From: Truepera sp.
Lineage (GTDB): Bacteria; Deinococcota; Deinococci; Deinococcales; Trueperaceae
Reading direction: 5' to 3'
Length of the DNA: 64,000 nucleotides
Assembly: GCA_965218435.1 (NCBI GenBank)
Contig: CBDCKW010000009.1
Location: 768,001-832,000, forward strand
Shown here: piece after piece, positions 1 through 10,493 of the stretch
How positions within the stretch are numbered: the stretch's first letter is position 1
Layout of the letters: each line of letters begins with the position of its first letter
The notes under the pieces: generated by a model
The model's database searches: none
Seen by the model: only the letters and a program-made list of their open reading frames with translations
What the model was told of the DNA's origin: nothing
Made by a program: the position numbers and the translations under genes

Positions 1-3000
1 CCTATTTGGTTGGCATGAACGCCACGGCCTCGTTTGTGGGTTTGACCAGCAAGGCCCTGCACGCGCTGGGCAGCCGCTCGGCACGGTACAGCTCTACGCC
101 GACTATCTGCGTACCCACCGCTGGTTCGGCGCACCTGGCAGCGACCACCACGGAGACAGCAAAATTCACAGTTCGCTCGCGCACCTCTACAACCGTGAAC
201 GCGTCTGGATCGAGTCGTTTCACAGCAGCGGTTGGGGTGGGACGCTCGAGGAGACCTTCGACTGGCTGCTGCCGTGGCTCGGCGCAGGTGCGACGCTCTA
301 CGACCCGCACGCGGTCTACTACAGCACTTGGGGCGGCTGGTGGGAGTGGGCACCCCCCTCGACCTGCTGGCGGCAACCCTACTGGCGGCACTATCCCGTT
401 TTCGCCGCGGCGGTAGGCCGACTGTCGTACCTGCTCAGCCAGGGGCGACACGTTTGCGACATCGGCGTCCTCCACCCGACTACCACCGTTCAGGCCAATC
501 TCACCGCTGAAGGTCAGACCCTCGCCCCGGAACTCACCGAAGCAGGCTCGGCCTATAGCAAGAGCTTTAAGCGCACCGCCACAAACCGCGCTCAACTCGC
601 CAACGACGTGTACGAGGCACTGGTCGGCAGCATGATGTTTCTGGCCTCCGAAGCGGGGGTGCTGAGGCGCGACCGGCGCGACTTCGATGTGCTCGACGAC
701 GCTTCGGTGCAGCGGGGTAAGGTCACGGACGGCGGGCTCGAGGTAGCCGACGAACACTTTCGGGTCATCGTGTTGCCCGCTTGCAGTACGCTCGAGGCCG
801 CCACTGCCGAACAACTCATCGCGTTTGTAGAGGGGGGTGGTGCGCTCATCGCCGTCGCAGAGCGCCCCCAACATGTGCTGGGCAGTCCTGAAACCTTAGC
901 GCGGCTTACCGCACTTTTTGAACAGGGGCAGGCTACACTGATTCCGAGCGCCGACGACTTACCGCAGCACTTGCAGGGGCTCGAGCGCCGCGTCGATGCG
1001 CCCGTACCTGTTTTGCACCGTCGCATCGGTGAACACGAGGTTCTTTTCATCCCCGCAGTCTACCCACACGCGTCGCAATCCGAAGACGAAAACGCAAGCT
1101 GGCTCAGAGCTGACTACTCGTTCGACCCGGCACGTTACGCGCGCAAAATAGAGGTGACAGTTAGAGGGTTTGAAGGTACACCGGAGCTGTGGGACGCGCT
1201 GAGCGGCGAACGTGTCCCGGTGGCGCACACCCGCGACGGCGACCGAACCATGCTCACCGTACCCTTTGACCGCTCCCCCGCTGCGCTGCTCGTTTGGTCA
1301 GACACTCACAACACCGCACCTATGCCGGAGAAGACGTACGAAACCGTCTTGCAAACACTGCCCGATACGTGGCATTTTAGCCTCGAGCCCACCCTTGACA
1401 ACCGCTACGGTGATTTCGACAAGCCGGATTTTGCGGGTGCGCCGCCCGTGCAAACGTGGGCTTTTAGCCACAGCACCGGTGAAGACACCCCGGAGAAAAC
1501 CGTGCAGGCGACCTTCGGCTGTTACGGCTTCTGGTTTGGTCCTGGGGTTAAGGCGAGACTGCCGGAACCAACTACAAGTATTGTCGTGCCGCTCGCTGAG
1601 GGTTGGCAAGAAGCAGTCTACTCGCTGGAGCGCGGTATCTACAAAGACGCCCTCCACGTCCCGACGCTCGGCCCCAAAGGACACGTGCCCGAGGAGTTTT
1701 TAGCCTTCGGCAGGGTTGCTGCGGGCGAAGGGGTGCAGTTTTGCACAGTGCTTCACCTCGAGCACGAGACGACGCTGCAGTTGGCGCTCGGCGCGGCGGC
1801 CTACAAACAGGTGTGGCTGAACGGTTCGGAGTTACCGGAAGATGCGGGCGGCTACCTGCAGCTCTACCCTGTCACGCTTAGAGCGGGGGCAAATCTGCTC
1901 GAGTTTCGCCTCGTCGCCCAAACCGACACCGAGTTGCGCGCCTACTACGCCCTGGTGAGAGACCCCGAAGCGTTTCGTCGTCCCGAGCGGCTGACGCTCT
2001 CCGGTTCGCAGCAAAAGGATTCACGCGTCGTTTTTTCGCACACTTTTGAGATACCATTTCTACCCTTGAGCTTGCGCGTTCAAGTCGCCGCCGACGCCGC
2101 CTGCGCCGTGCGCTTAAACGGGCTCGAGCTGGGGCGGCAGGGCGGTTTCGACCCCTACTACAGTCTGGCCCGCGTGCAACCTTACAGCACCGAGCAGGTG
2201 AACCAAGGCGCGAATACGCTCGAGGTCGAGCTTCAGGATACTGGCAGGCCTTTCTCCGTGCTGATAGATGGCCTCGTAAGCGCTGCCGATGGAACCACTC
2301 AGAGCTTCATCAGCAATGAGTCGTGGCACGTCAAGCGCGATGATGGGAAGGCGCAACCCGTCACGCTTGTTCGGCAACCGCTGGGCGACCCGGCGTTTGC
2401 CCTGCTATGGCGGCGACCGCCACCGCTTCCCGGTACGCTATGGTTGGAGGGCGAACCCGCCGACGAAACCGTTCTGCCGCTCGTTCCGGCTGTACAAGCA
2501 GGCCGCACTGCGCCCGAACGCTTCCGCTGGACGCTGCCGGTCGGTGCGACGCAGCTGCATCTCGCAGTCGCCGGAAAGGTTCGCCTTTGGGTGAACGGTG
2601 AAGCACTCTCCGGGGACGGTCCTAGTTTCATGCTCCCCAACGCCGAAAAATCTCACCGTACCGCGCTTCTGGAGGTCGTTCCCGAACGGGGGCGCACGGG
2701 TGGGAGCGTATTTACCGGCCCCATCACTTACGACATTTCAGGCGGCACCACCCGGCTCGGCGCGTGGGCTGAGCAGGGTTTAGAAACCTATTCGGGTGGC
2801 GTCCGTTATCGGCATACGTTCGTACTAGACACGTTACCGGACGGCCTGCTTATTCTCGACCTTGGACGGGTGCGCGGTACAGCGGAAGTGCAGCTTAACG
2901 CGCAGACCGCCGGGGTCCGTATCCTCTCGCCTTACCGCTTCGACCTTACGCCCCTCGCGACCGTCGGGGAAAACCAGCTCGAGGTCTTGGTACTCAACAC

Positions 3001-3115
3001 TTTAGCTCCGTATCTAAATGCCGTCAGCCCTACCCATTACGTGCGTCCGGGTCAAGACGTTTCCGGACTCTTTGGCCCCATTAGCCTCCTGACCTATAAA
3101 GAAGGTCCCCGATGA
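1..3115 (+). CDS. Large glycoside hydrolase (GH106/alpha-L-rhamnosidase-like, C-terminal sugar-binding beta-sandwich); 5'-truncated by window edge
   Basis: The frame of ORF 608..3115 is open back to position 2 (…ERVWIESFHSSGWGGT…WWEWAPPS…QPYW…GRHVCDIGVLHP). C-terminal LDLGRVRGTAEVQLN…GENQLEVLVLNT…SGLFGP is typical of the GH106/GH2 jelly-roll. Stop overlaps the GH78 start. Confidence 0.75.
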   Translation, partial: LFGWHERHGLVCGFDQQGPARAGQPLGTVQLYADYLRTHRWFGAPGSDHHGDSKIHSSLAHLYNRERVWIESFHSSGWGGTLEETFDWLLPWLGAGATLYDPHAVYYSTWGGWWEWAPPSTCWRQPYWRHYPVFAAAVGRLSYLLSQGRHVCDIGVLHPTTTVQANLTAEGQTLAPELTEAGSAYSKSFKRTATNRAQLANDVYEALVGSMMFLASEAGVLRRDRRDFDVLDDASVQRGKVTDGGLEVADEHFRVIVLPACSTLEAATAEQLIAFVEGGGALIAVAERPQHVLGSPETLARLTALFEQGQATLIPSADDLPQHLQGLERRVDAPVPVLHRRIGEHEVLFIPAVYPHASQSEDENASWLRADYSFDPARYARKIEVTVRGFEGTPELWDALSGERVPVAHTRDGDRTMLTVPFDRSPAALLVWSDTHNTAPMPEKTYETVLQTLPDTWHFSLEPTLDNRYGDFDKPDFAGAPPVQTWAFSHSTGEDTPEKTVQATFGCYGFWFGPGVKARLPEPTTSIVVPLAEGWQEAVYSLERGIYKDALHVPTLGPKGHVPEEFLAFGRVAAGEGVQFCTVLHLEHETTLQLALGAAAYKQVWLNGSELPEDAGGYLQLYPVTLRAGANLLEFRLVAQTDTELRAYYALVRDPEAFRRPERLTLSGSQQKDSRVVFSHTFEIPFLPLSLRVQVAADAACAVRLNGLELGRQGGFDPYYSLARVQPYSTEQVNQGANTLEVELQDTGRPFSVLIDGLVSAADGTTQSFISNESWHVKRDDGKAQPVTLVRQPLGDPAFALLWRRPPPLPGTLWLEGEPADETVLPLVPAVQAGRTAPERFRWTLPVGATQLHLAVAGKVRLWVNGEALSGDGPSFMLPNAEKSHRTALLEVVPERGRTGGSVFTGPITYDISGGTTRLGAWAEQGLETYSGGVRYRHTFVLDTLPDGLLILDLGRVRGTAEVQLNAQTAGVRILSPYRFDLTPLATVGENQLEVLVLNTLAPYLNAVSPTHYVRPGQDVSGLFGPISLLTYKEGPR

Positions 3116-5844
3116 TCCGAATTGTCAACCCGACCTGTGAATACCGCACCAACCCTCTAGGTATCGATGTGACGCAGCCACGCCTGAGCTGGCAGTTGGG
3201 GACATCCCGGCAGGGTGCGCGGCAGACGGCTTACCAAGTTTTGGCCTCGAGCAGCCGCGAAACGCTCGAGGGAGGCAACGCCGAGCTATGGGACAGCGGC
3301 AAAATCGAGTCCGATAAATCGGTTCATGTACCTTATGGGGGCGACGCGCTCCGCTCACGCCAGCGGGTGTACTGGCGCGTGACGGTGTGGGACGAAACCG
3401 GCGCAGCGGCAGAGAGCGACATCAACTGGTTTGAAATGGGCCTGCTGTCCCGTGACGACTGGCAAGCCTCATGGGTCGGCGCAGCACTGACCGGCGGCGC
3501 ACGCTCCTCTGTCCCCGTTCCTTTTTTACGCACATCTTTCGAGCTGCCCGTTGAGGTCGTGTCCGCTCGGCTTTACGTTACGGCGCTCGGACTGTATGAG
3601 TGTCGCATCAACGGTGTGCGTGTCGGCGAAGACATCTTTGCGCCGGGGTGGACGGACTATCAAAAGCGTGTGCGTTACCAGACCTACGACGTGACCGGAC
3701 TGCTACATGAAGGCGAAAACGCGCTCGGAGCAATTTTGGGTGACGGCTGGGCGGTGGGGTTTATCGGTCTAGGGCAGCGCCAGCGTTACTACGACCAGCC
3801 TCGGCTGCTGGCGCAACTCGAGCTGACCTTTCCCGACGGACGGCGGCAGATTATCGTCAGCGACGAGAACTGGACGCACCAGTTCGGCCCCTTGATTGAA
3901 AGCGACATGTTTATGGGTGAAGCTTACGACGCACGGCTCGAGCTGCCGGGTTGGGACACGCCCGAATACGCCGAGGATGAGGCGCAGAGCTGGTTGCCCG
4001 TCCGGGTTTTTAGCGACCCTGGTATTCAGTTGAAGGCAACTAACGGGCCAGCCATCCGGAAGATTGAAGAGCTGAAACCTATTTCTAAACCTGTTGACGT
4101 GAGCGACTTTATCCGGCGGCGCTTTATCTTCGATTTGGGTCAAAACATGGTCGGTTGGGTTCGGTTTCAGGGCAGCGCACCTGCGGGTACGACGGTTGTC
4201 CTCCGCTTCGCTGAGGTTCTAAACCCCGAGGGCAGCCTCTACACCACTAACTTGCGCGACGCGCGCGCGACCGACGTGTACACCTTTAAGGGTGAGGGGG
4301 AGGAAGTCTGGGAACCGCGCTTTACCTTTCACGGCTTTCGCTACGTCGAGCTGACGGGCTACCCCGGCGAGGTGAACGCCGACACTCTTACCGGCGTCGT
4401 GCTGCACTCTGAGATGGCGCAGACCGGACACTTTGAATGCTCGAGCGACATTATCAACCAGCTCCAGCACAACATCCTCTGGGGTCAAAAGGGAAACTTC
4501 CTCGACGTACCAACCGATTGCCCGCAGCGCGATGAGCGCCTGGGCTGGACGGGAGACATTCAGGTCTTTGCGCGCACGGCGGCATTCAACATGCACGTCG
4601 CCGGGTTTATGACCAAATGGTTGCAGGACGTTGCCGACGCGCAGAGTGACGCGGGGGCCGTCCCGCCGGTCGTCCCGTCGGTGATGGGAGGTTTCGACGA
4701 CGGTGGGCCTGCCTGGGCCGATGCCGCCGTCATCTGTCCCTGGACGATTTACCTCTGCTACGGCGACACGCGTGTTTTGGAAGAAAACTACGCGGTTATG
4801 ACCCGCTTTATGGACTTTTTACGGGATACCAGTCCCGGCTTGGTGCGTTGCGCCCCCGATTATGAGGGCTGGCAGGGGTTTGGCGACTGGTTATCTATCA
4901 ATGCCGACACGCCCCGCGACCTCATCGGGACAGCTCTTTACGCCTATGACACGTACCTTATGGGGGACATCGCCGAGGTTCTAGGACGTGCCGACGACGC
5001 CCAAAAGTACCGCGCCCTTTACGGCGAGATAAAAGACGTGTTTCAGGCGCGCTTTCTCAAGGGGGGAAGCCAGACGGACGCGGCGAAAGCCTCGAGACCC
5101 GACCTCAGCCAAGCCGACGCCATCTCACGGGGGAACCTCGAGGTCATCGACTACGGCCCGGTCAGCTCAGAAGTCTTCGACACAGAGCTATTCACCCCGA
5201 CGCAGACCGCTTACGTGCTGGCGCTCCACTTCGGCCTCTTGCCGGACGCCCTGCAACCTCTCGCCGCTGACGAACTCGTCGCCGACATCGAACGCCGTGA
5301 CCTGCACCTGTCAACCGGCTTTGTCGGCGCACCGTACCTGCCGCATGTGCTGAGCGCCCACGGCAAAACGGAGACGGCTTTTAAGCTTTTGGCGCAGACG
5401 ACCTGGCCCTCGTGGGTTTACTCCGTCACGCAGGGTGCGACGACCATCTGGGAGCGCTGGGACGGCTGGACGGAGGAGCGCGGGTTTCAGGATGCGGGCA
5501 TGAACTCGTTTAACCACTACGCTTACGGTTCTATCGGGGCGTGGCTTTACCAGACTGTGGCGGGGCTCGAGCCCGCTCTACCCAGTTACAAACATATTTT
5601 GGTTAAGCCTCAACCGGGGGGTGGTTTGACCTGGGCTCGAGCCTCATTCGCTTCTCCCTATGGGCAAATTGCGGTGTCGTGGCGTTTAGAGGCTGAGATG
5701 CTGCAGCTCGAGGTCACAGTTCCACCGAACACCACAGCGACGCTCATACTCCCTGAGGGTTACAGGTTTGTAGAGGGAAAGAGGGCAGAACTCGAGGCTG
5801 GAAACCAAACTTTTGTCGCCCATCAAGAGTCTGAGTTCTTCTGA
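3112..5844 (+). CDS. Alpha-L-rhamnosidase, GH78
   Basis: Motifs CEYRTNPLGID..PRLSW, FDLGQNMVG, FTFHGFRYVE, PTDCPQRDERLGWTGD, GATTIWERW, MNSFNHYAYG. Confidence 0.95.
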   Translation: MIRIVNPTCEYRTNPLGIDVTQPRLSWQLGTSRQGARQTAYQVLASSSRETLEGGNAELWDSGKIESDKSVHVPYGGDALRSRQRVYWRVTVWDETGAAAESDINWFEMGLLSRDDWQASWVGAALTGGARSSVPVPFLRTSFELPVEVVSARLYVTALGLYECRINGVRVGEDIFAPGWTDYQKRVRYQTYDVTGLLHEGENALGAILGDGWAVGFIGLGQRQRYYDQPRLLAQLELTFPDGRRQIIVSDENWTHQFGPLIESDMFMGEAYDARLELPGWDTPEYAEDEAQSWLPVRVFSDPGIQLKATNGPAIRKIEELKPISKPVDVSDFIRRRFIFDLGQNMVGWVRFQGSAPAGTTVVLRFAEVLNPEGSLYTTNLRDARATDVYTFKGEGEEVWEPRFTFHGFRYVELTGYPGEVNADTLTGVVLHSEMAQTGHFECSSDIINQLQHNILWGQKGNFLDVPTDCPQRDERLGWTGDIQVFARTAAFNMHVAGFMTKWLQDVADAQSDAGAVPPVVPSVMGGFDDGGPAWADAAVICPWTIYLCYGDTRVLEENYAVMTRFMDFLRDTSPGLVRCAPDYEGWQGFGDWLSINADTPRDLIGTALYAYDTYLMGDIAEVLGRADDAQKYRALYGEIKDVFQARFLKGGSQTDAAKASRPDLSQADAISRGNLEVIDYGPVSSEVFDTELFTPTQTAYVLALHFGLLPDALQPLAADELVADIERRDLHLSTGFVGAPYLPHVLSAHGKTETAFKLLAQTTWPSWVYSVTQGATTIWERWDGWTEERGFQDAGMNSFNHYAYGSIGAWLYQTVAGLEPALPSYKHILVKPQPGGGLTWARASFASPYGQIAVSWRLEAEMLQLEVTVPPNTTATLILPEGYRFVEGKRAELEAGNQTFVAHQESEFF

Positions 5845-6357
5845 CATCTACCTCAAGCAGATGCGTGTAGGAGCAAGATTGAGGGACTTAAGAAGTTGTA
5901 GATAAGCTGGCAGATATCCGTATATTGAAGAAAGGCGAGGTGTTGCCCAGCAAATATGAGCTTTAGAGCCGACAGATGAACTGCCCACCTCGCTTACTAC
6001 GCCACAGTTGCCTGATGTGAAGAAGCTAGTCAGCTACACTTTACTGTGTGAAACAGGCAATCCAGTCTCTAATCGCTTTAGGTAAATACATCTTGTTAAG
6101 ACGTTCGTAAACCGTCCGCTAAAGCTGATTGTCGGACAGGATAATTTCTTTGGAGGTGCAGATGGGCGTATAGCAAATAGGCGCGCGCCAACCGTAAATT
6201 TTTGACCTACTTGTACAGGTTGTTTACAGGTTACGCTGCGAGACGCCATAACACCATACGGTATACAATGAAAACTAAAGCGTTAAGAACTCTATCCCTG
6301 ACGGTCTTTCAAAACGGGACGAAACAGCGTAATACGCTGCGAAATACAAGTTGCCTT

Positions 6358-6403
6358 TTTTGCAAGCAGGGGGTCATCAGTTCAAATCTGATAGGCTCCA
6401 CCA
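6358..6403 (+). tRNA. 3' half of tRNA-Ala(TGC): att-site duplication, not a complete tRNA
   Basis: tt-TGC-aa-gcagg-gggtc-ATCAG-TTCAAAT-CTGAT-aggctcc-a-CCA: anticodon loop, perfect 5-bp T-arm, U70/A73 Ala identity, CCA. No D-arm or 5' acceptor strand upstream. About 100 bp from the integrase stop. Confidence 0.9.
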
Positions 6404-6425
6404 CTAGAAACACCGTGCAGCACGC

Positions 6426-6453
6426 AAAAAAGAAGCCCCGCCAAGTGCGGGGC
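6426..6453 (-). terminator. Intrinsic terminator between the att fragment and the integrase 3' end
   Basis: gccccgc-caagt-gcggggc stem with an A-tract on the left (U-tract on minus). Confidence 0.65.
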
Positions 6454-7355
6454 CGTTGTTTTACGGAATAGTTTGCACCTTATTTTGCACCTACAGGGTT
6501 CAGTTTGCCGTGTCAGGGTCGCCTTTGGGAAGCATATCCAAGAGGCTCACCGCTGCCCCTCTTCTATCGTCGTCAAACAGGTGTGTGTAGAGCCGAGTCG
6601 TAAAGGCGGGGTCGGTGTGGCCTATCTGGTCGGCTATCAGCTTAGCGTCTTGTCCTAACTTGCGCCGCATGGAAACGTTGAGGTGTCTAAGGTCATGTAA
6701 GCGGACGTGCGGCAAAAGCTTACCGCTCTCGAGCCCCTTTACCGTAGCCCCGTCACCCGCTTCCCTTGCGGCTGTCAGCCACGCGGCGCGGGCGCTGTCT
6801 TGTAAGGCGCACCAGGTGCCGCTCGAGGTTCCGAGGGTAGAGCAGCGTGCCGGTCTCTGAAGGAAGTACGAAATCGTTAGCGACCGCGGTTAGCTCGAGC
6901 GTCTTATCACGCTGCTGATACACGTTGACACGCTCAGGCCACGCCGGGGCGGGCACGTTCGGCTACTGTCAGCGACCGGTGCATCTCTAGGGCGTCAAGT
7001 ACATCTGGGGTAACAGGGATAGTCCGCTGACCTTTATGTGTCTTAGGGGCGCTCAGCACAAGCTTGTCAGCGACCGGCACGAGTGTTTGCCGCACCTTAA
7101 GAGCGTCGCCCTCGAGGTCTCGTCAGCGTAGCCCCAAAAACTCACCCGCCTCATCCCGGTAGACAAAGCAAGGTAGACAGGGCAAAAAGGCGGTGAGGTC
7201 TAGCGACCGCTAAGAACCGGATAACCTCTTCAGGCGACCATAAGACTATCTCCTTAGTCGTCTCCTTCAGCGGGTCTACTGCCTCAACCGGGTTGCGGTT
7301 AAGCAGCTCCCAACGAATCGCCTGTTTAAGTGCGCTAAAAAGCACTGTCCGGCTC

Positions 7356-9764
7356 ATCGGGTAAGGAGACGGCATCACTGCCGCCCCCTCCCCTCAGAAC
7401 CGGACGTGCCTCTCTCAAGGCATCCGGCTCAAGCAGAAAATGAAGCATCAAAGGAGTAATTCTCTCGTAGCTCGGGGAAGATTATCTTTCACCGAGCCGT
7501 GGACTTGTTGGTGACAGGTTAGATGCAGTATCCGCTGTTTTGCAAAGTCATGCCGTGCTAAATTCTTTTGGTCAGTAATCAAGTGATGACGATGCAGTGG
7601 CTCACCGTTATTCAGCGAACCAAAACACACGGGGCAGATAAAGTCGTGTTGCTTAGCCACCTCATAGTGAAGACCTGAGAGACCGGAGTACTTTCGACTT
7701 CTCTTTGCCCAATAGTTTTTCTGCAAGGCGTCATCGGGTGCAGCAAGGTTGAATACCAACCGATGCCGCGTGATTTTGAACCAAGCGAGCTTCGCCAGAT
7801 AAGTGTTGCCGTCGGGGTCGCCAAAGACCCACCGAGCTTTTCTTAAGTGATGATGCTGCCCAAAGTATTTAGCTACGCGCCAGCCAACCGATTTTGTCGG
7901 GTGTTGCCATCTTATCCACTTGACCAGCTTTTGGAAGAGCCAAGAGTCAAGCGAGGCAAACACCTTTGCTGACGAAACGGGTTGAAAATAACGCGCCCAA
8001 CCACGTAAAACGGGGTTGAGATGGTGGATGAGCACCTGAGCATTGTGCCCCCTTAAGCGCACAAACATCTCGGTAAGCTTTTTCTTGAACCTTGCGATTG
8101 AAGCGTTGCTGGGTTTGACAAGCCCGACGACCTTTTCTGGGTTATCTCTCCGCTGATAAAGCCGGAAATTACACCCAAGAAAGTCAAAACCTCCCGTGAG
8201 ATGCCTGATCTGGGTTTTAGCCTCGTTGAACACGAGTCCCCGATCTGCAAACCACGTTCTCAGCTTTGTGCGAGCTTGTTCTGCTTCCTCACGAGTCTTG
8301 CAGAAAACGATAAAGTCGTCTGCATATCTCACGAGACCATAGCGGTTCTTACTGGATGTCTGACCATTGGCATAACGAGCAATACCAAGGGTCGTTTCCA
8401 TGCCGTGAAACGCTATGTTAGCCAGCAAGGGACTAATAACACCTCCCTGCGGAGTACCCGCAGGCGTATCGTGCTTGACGGTACCGTCCATGAAGCCTGC
8501 CTTTAGCCACTGTTTAATCAGTTCCTTGGCGGGAAACTGACCGATGGCCTGCAACAGGTGGGTATGGTCGATATTGTCAAATGCCCCTTGGATGTCTGCA
8601 TCCAGTATCCACTGCTTAGTAGCGCGTGCCCTGCAATAGCTATAGGTCATACTCAGGGCGTCGTGGGTACTTCGCCCTGGTCTAAAACCGTAGCTACTTG
8701 GCTCAAAGCGAGCCTCCCACTCAGGTTCCAACGCATTTTTGACGCGTGCTTGATGAGCCCGGTCGCCAATGGTTGGTATCCCAAGCGGGCGTTTAGCACC
8801 ACTTTGCTTCGGGATATAAATCCTGCGCGCAGGTTTGACATGCCAAGGTTGGGACTCTAGCAATTTGTCTACTAGAGCGGCCTTGGCTTTCGAGGTTAAG
8901 GCAACCTCTTTATCCACCCCTGCGGTTTTTCCACCCGCATTGTCCACAGTGACGCGACGGACGCTAACAACAGTGTTGGCGTAACTCCGTAGCATCAGCT
9001 TTTGGAGAGAACGAACCTTTTTAAGGTTCCCTTCCTTTGATGCCCTAAAGATTCTCTGTCTCAAGTTGCGTACCTGCCGATTGGCGCTACGCCAGTCAAT
9101 GACCTGCCAATCGGTCGGGCTTTTGGTTCCGTTTGCTAAGCTTGGCGCTTGCATCTAACTTGCACCTCAATTCGCAACTTTCACGTTGGTCTTTAGGATT
9201 TCCACCAGTCCCGCGTCAGCTCCCTTTCAGGATGGGTATGCCCGTCATACGGCCCTATCCGGTGGGTTATGAATTCCCCGTGCCTTTCGGCTACCGGCTT
9301 TCGCTTTTCGGGACTTCTTGTTCCCGCTGGAGGGTTGTGCCTCGCTTGCGCTTGGCCTACCACTTGTGTGGACTCCATCGGGGTTTCCACGTTCCGCACG
9401 TAAGAGATGTGATCGGTTGCGGATGCCTTTTGTACCCCGGGTTCTTGGTGCCCTTGCATGAGCGCTATGCACCCATGACGCCGCGCAGCTTGAACACAGA
9501 GCTACGCCTTGAACCATGATCGTTTTGCTGTCGTCCAGCGATCTTTCTACCTTACGAGGCTTACAAAGGTTCACTTTCGTTCATCCTTCCGATCTTCTCC
9601 TTGCCTGTGGCCTTTTGACGACTAACGGCTCTTGGGCTTTCATTCGGGCTTCGCACCCTGTCGTTACCAACAACGCACGCCGAATGTGGAGATAGGCTTC
9701 AGGCACTCGCCTAGTTCAACCCTATGAGGGTTGAACACTCTTACTGTGCGACTTCGTGTCGCAC
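7356..9764 (-). mobile_element. Group II intron (probably IIB/chloroplast-like class), 2409 nt
   Basis: 5' end GTGCGACACG at 9764. Domain V GAGCCGGATGCCTTGAGAGAGGCACGTCCGGTTC, domain VI ending ..TTACCCGAT at 7356. Removal restores the integrase frame (…ACC GCG AAC AT|G AGC CGG ACA… = TANMSRT). EBS1 GUGUUC (9492-9497) sits in a stem-loop and pairs with exon IBS1 GAACAU. Confidence 0.96.
7448..9154 (-). CDS. ltrA: Group II intron reverse transcriptase/maturase with HNH endonuclease
   Basis: RT N-terminal W..IDW..A.RQV..L..RI, RPLGIPTIGDR, GTPQGGVISPLLAN, YADD, maturase LNPVLRGWARYF, C-terminal CPVC…HRHH…HLTCHQQVH. Confidence 0.96.
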   Translation of the reverse strand: MQAPSLANGTKSPTDWQVIDWRSANRQVRNLRQRIFRASKEGNLKKVRSLQKLMLRSYANTVVSVRRVTVDNAGGKTAGVDKEVALTSKAKAALVDKLLESQPWHVKPARRIYIPKQSGAKRPLGIPTIGDRAHQARVKNALEPEWEARFEPSSYGFRPGRSTHDALSMTYSYCRARATKQWILDADIQGAFDNIDHTHLLQAIGQFPAKELIKQWLKAGFMDGTVKHDTPAGTPQGGVISPLLANIAFHGMETTLGIARYANGQTSSKNRYGLVRYADDFIVFCKTREEAEQARTKLRTWFADRGLVFNEAKTQIRHLTGGFDFLGCNFRLYQRRDNPEKVVGLVKPSNASIARFKKKLTEMFVRLRGHNAQVLIHHLNPVLRGWARYFQPVSSAKVFASLDSWLFQKLVKWIRWQHPTKSVGWRVAKYFGQHHHLRKARWVFGDPDGNTYLAKLAWFKITRHRLVFNLAAPDDALQKNYWAKRSRKYSGLSGLHYEVAKQHDFICPVCFGSLNNGEPLHRHHLITDQKNLARHDFAKQRILHLTCHQQVHGSVKDNLPRATRELLL

Positions 9765-10184
9765 ATGTTCGCGGTACATGTCCCGGAAACAGACGCGATA
9801 CTCGAGACCATCTCTTGCACGTCGAGTGGGGTAAGCCGGTCTAGTTTCTTACGTCCGATACTTGGAATGATGTGTTTGACGACGGCGTGCTGATGGGCTT
9901 CAGCGGTGCGTGGTTTGACCTGCCCCTGTTTATGCTCGAGCCATCTTTCCGGTAGTCCCCTACCGTCAGCTTGGTATCGGTATAGGTGCCGTTTGAAAGC
10001 CGCTGCTTTATCTCTGTTACTTTAGCCAGCACTTCACCCTGCGTTTTGCCCGGTACCCACCTAAACTTTTGCTTACCTTCATTGTTATAACCGACTGCGA
10101 CCTTGCCTCGCCACGTACCATCGGGCCGTTCAAAGATAGAGCCCTCACCCTTACCGCGTCTCGTGCTACGTCTGCGTGCCACCT

Positions 10185-10493
10185 TTACCCTTTTCCTAAC
10201 CTTTTGCTCGCTACTCGGTACACGTCTTTCTTATCGCCTTCTTTGCGGATACCCACCACCACGACTGTCACCACACCCTCGAGACTCGCTATCTGATACA
10301 CCACTCGGTAACGTTGCCCTGCGGCCCTCACAACCCGGTAATCGCCTAAGTCTTTGCCTAGCGCCTTGCCTTGCTTGTCGGGTTCGGTGTCGAGGTCGAG
10401 AGCTTTACGAATGACCGCGTTCCGGGTTCGCACGTCGGTAATCGCCTCCAAGTTACGATCTACCTCATCGGTAAAGATGACCTCATAGGTCAA
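10185..10493 (-). CDS. RelE/ParE-family toxin
   Basis: 102 aa; YEVIFT…GKALGKDLGDYR…YRVVYQI…VTVVVVGIRK..DVY. Confidence 0.88.
   Translation of the reverse strand: MTYEVIFTDEVDRNLEAITDVRTRNAVIRKALDLDTEPDKQGKALGKDLGDYRVVRAAGQRYRVVYQIASLEGVVTVVVVGIRKEGDKKDVYRVASKRLGKG

Larger units (their letters stand above)
6500..10182 (-). pseudogene. Tyrosine integrase, interrupted by a group II intron and by frameshifts and a stop
   Basis: N-terminal arm-binding RRGKGEGSIFERPDGTWRG, core STGMRxGE.LGLR, catalytic RLHDLRH…GHTD..FTTRLYTH. Frameshifts near 9950, 7178 and 7147, a TGA near 7124, and further decay at 6750-6960. Confidence 0.92.

Noticed and set aside
6358..6403. Functional tRNA-Ala gene
   Set aside because: The 5' acceptor strand, D-arm and 5' anticodon stem are absent.
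7348..7430. 3' exon begins GAGCCGGA, identical to the start of intron domain V
   Set aside because: Only 8 nt. It encodes the in-frame integrase residues M-S-R-T and no second domain V hairpin follows, so there is no evidence of a twintron.
7448..9154. RT as a retron, DGR or CRISPR-associated RT
   Set aside because: It has maturase and HNH domains and lies within GTGCG…domain V/VI boundaries, so it is a group II intron protein.
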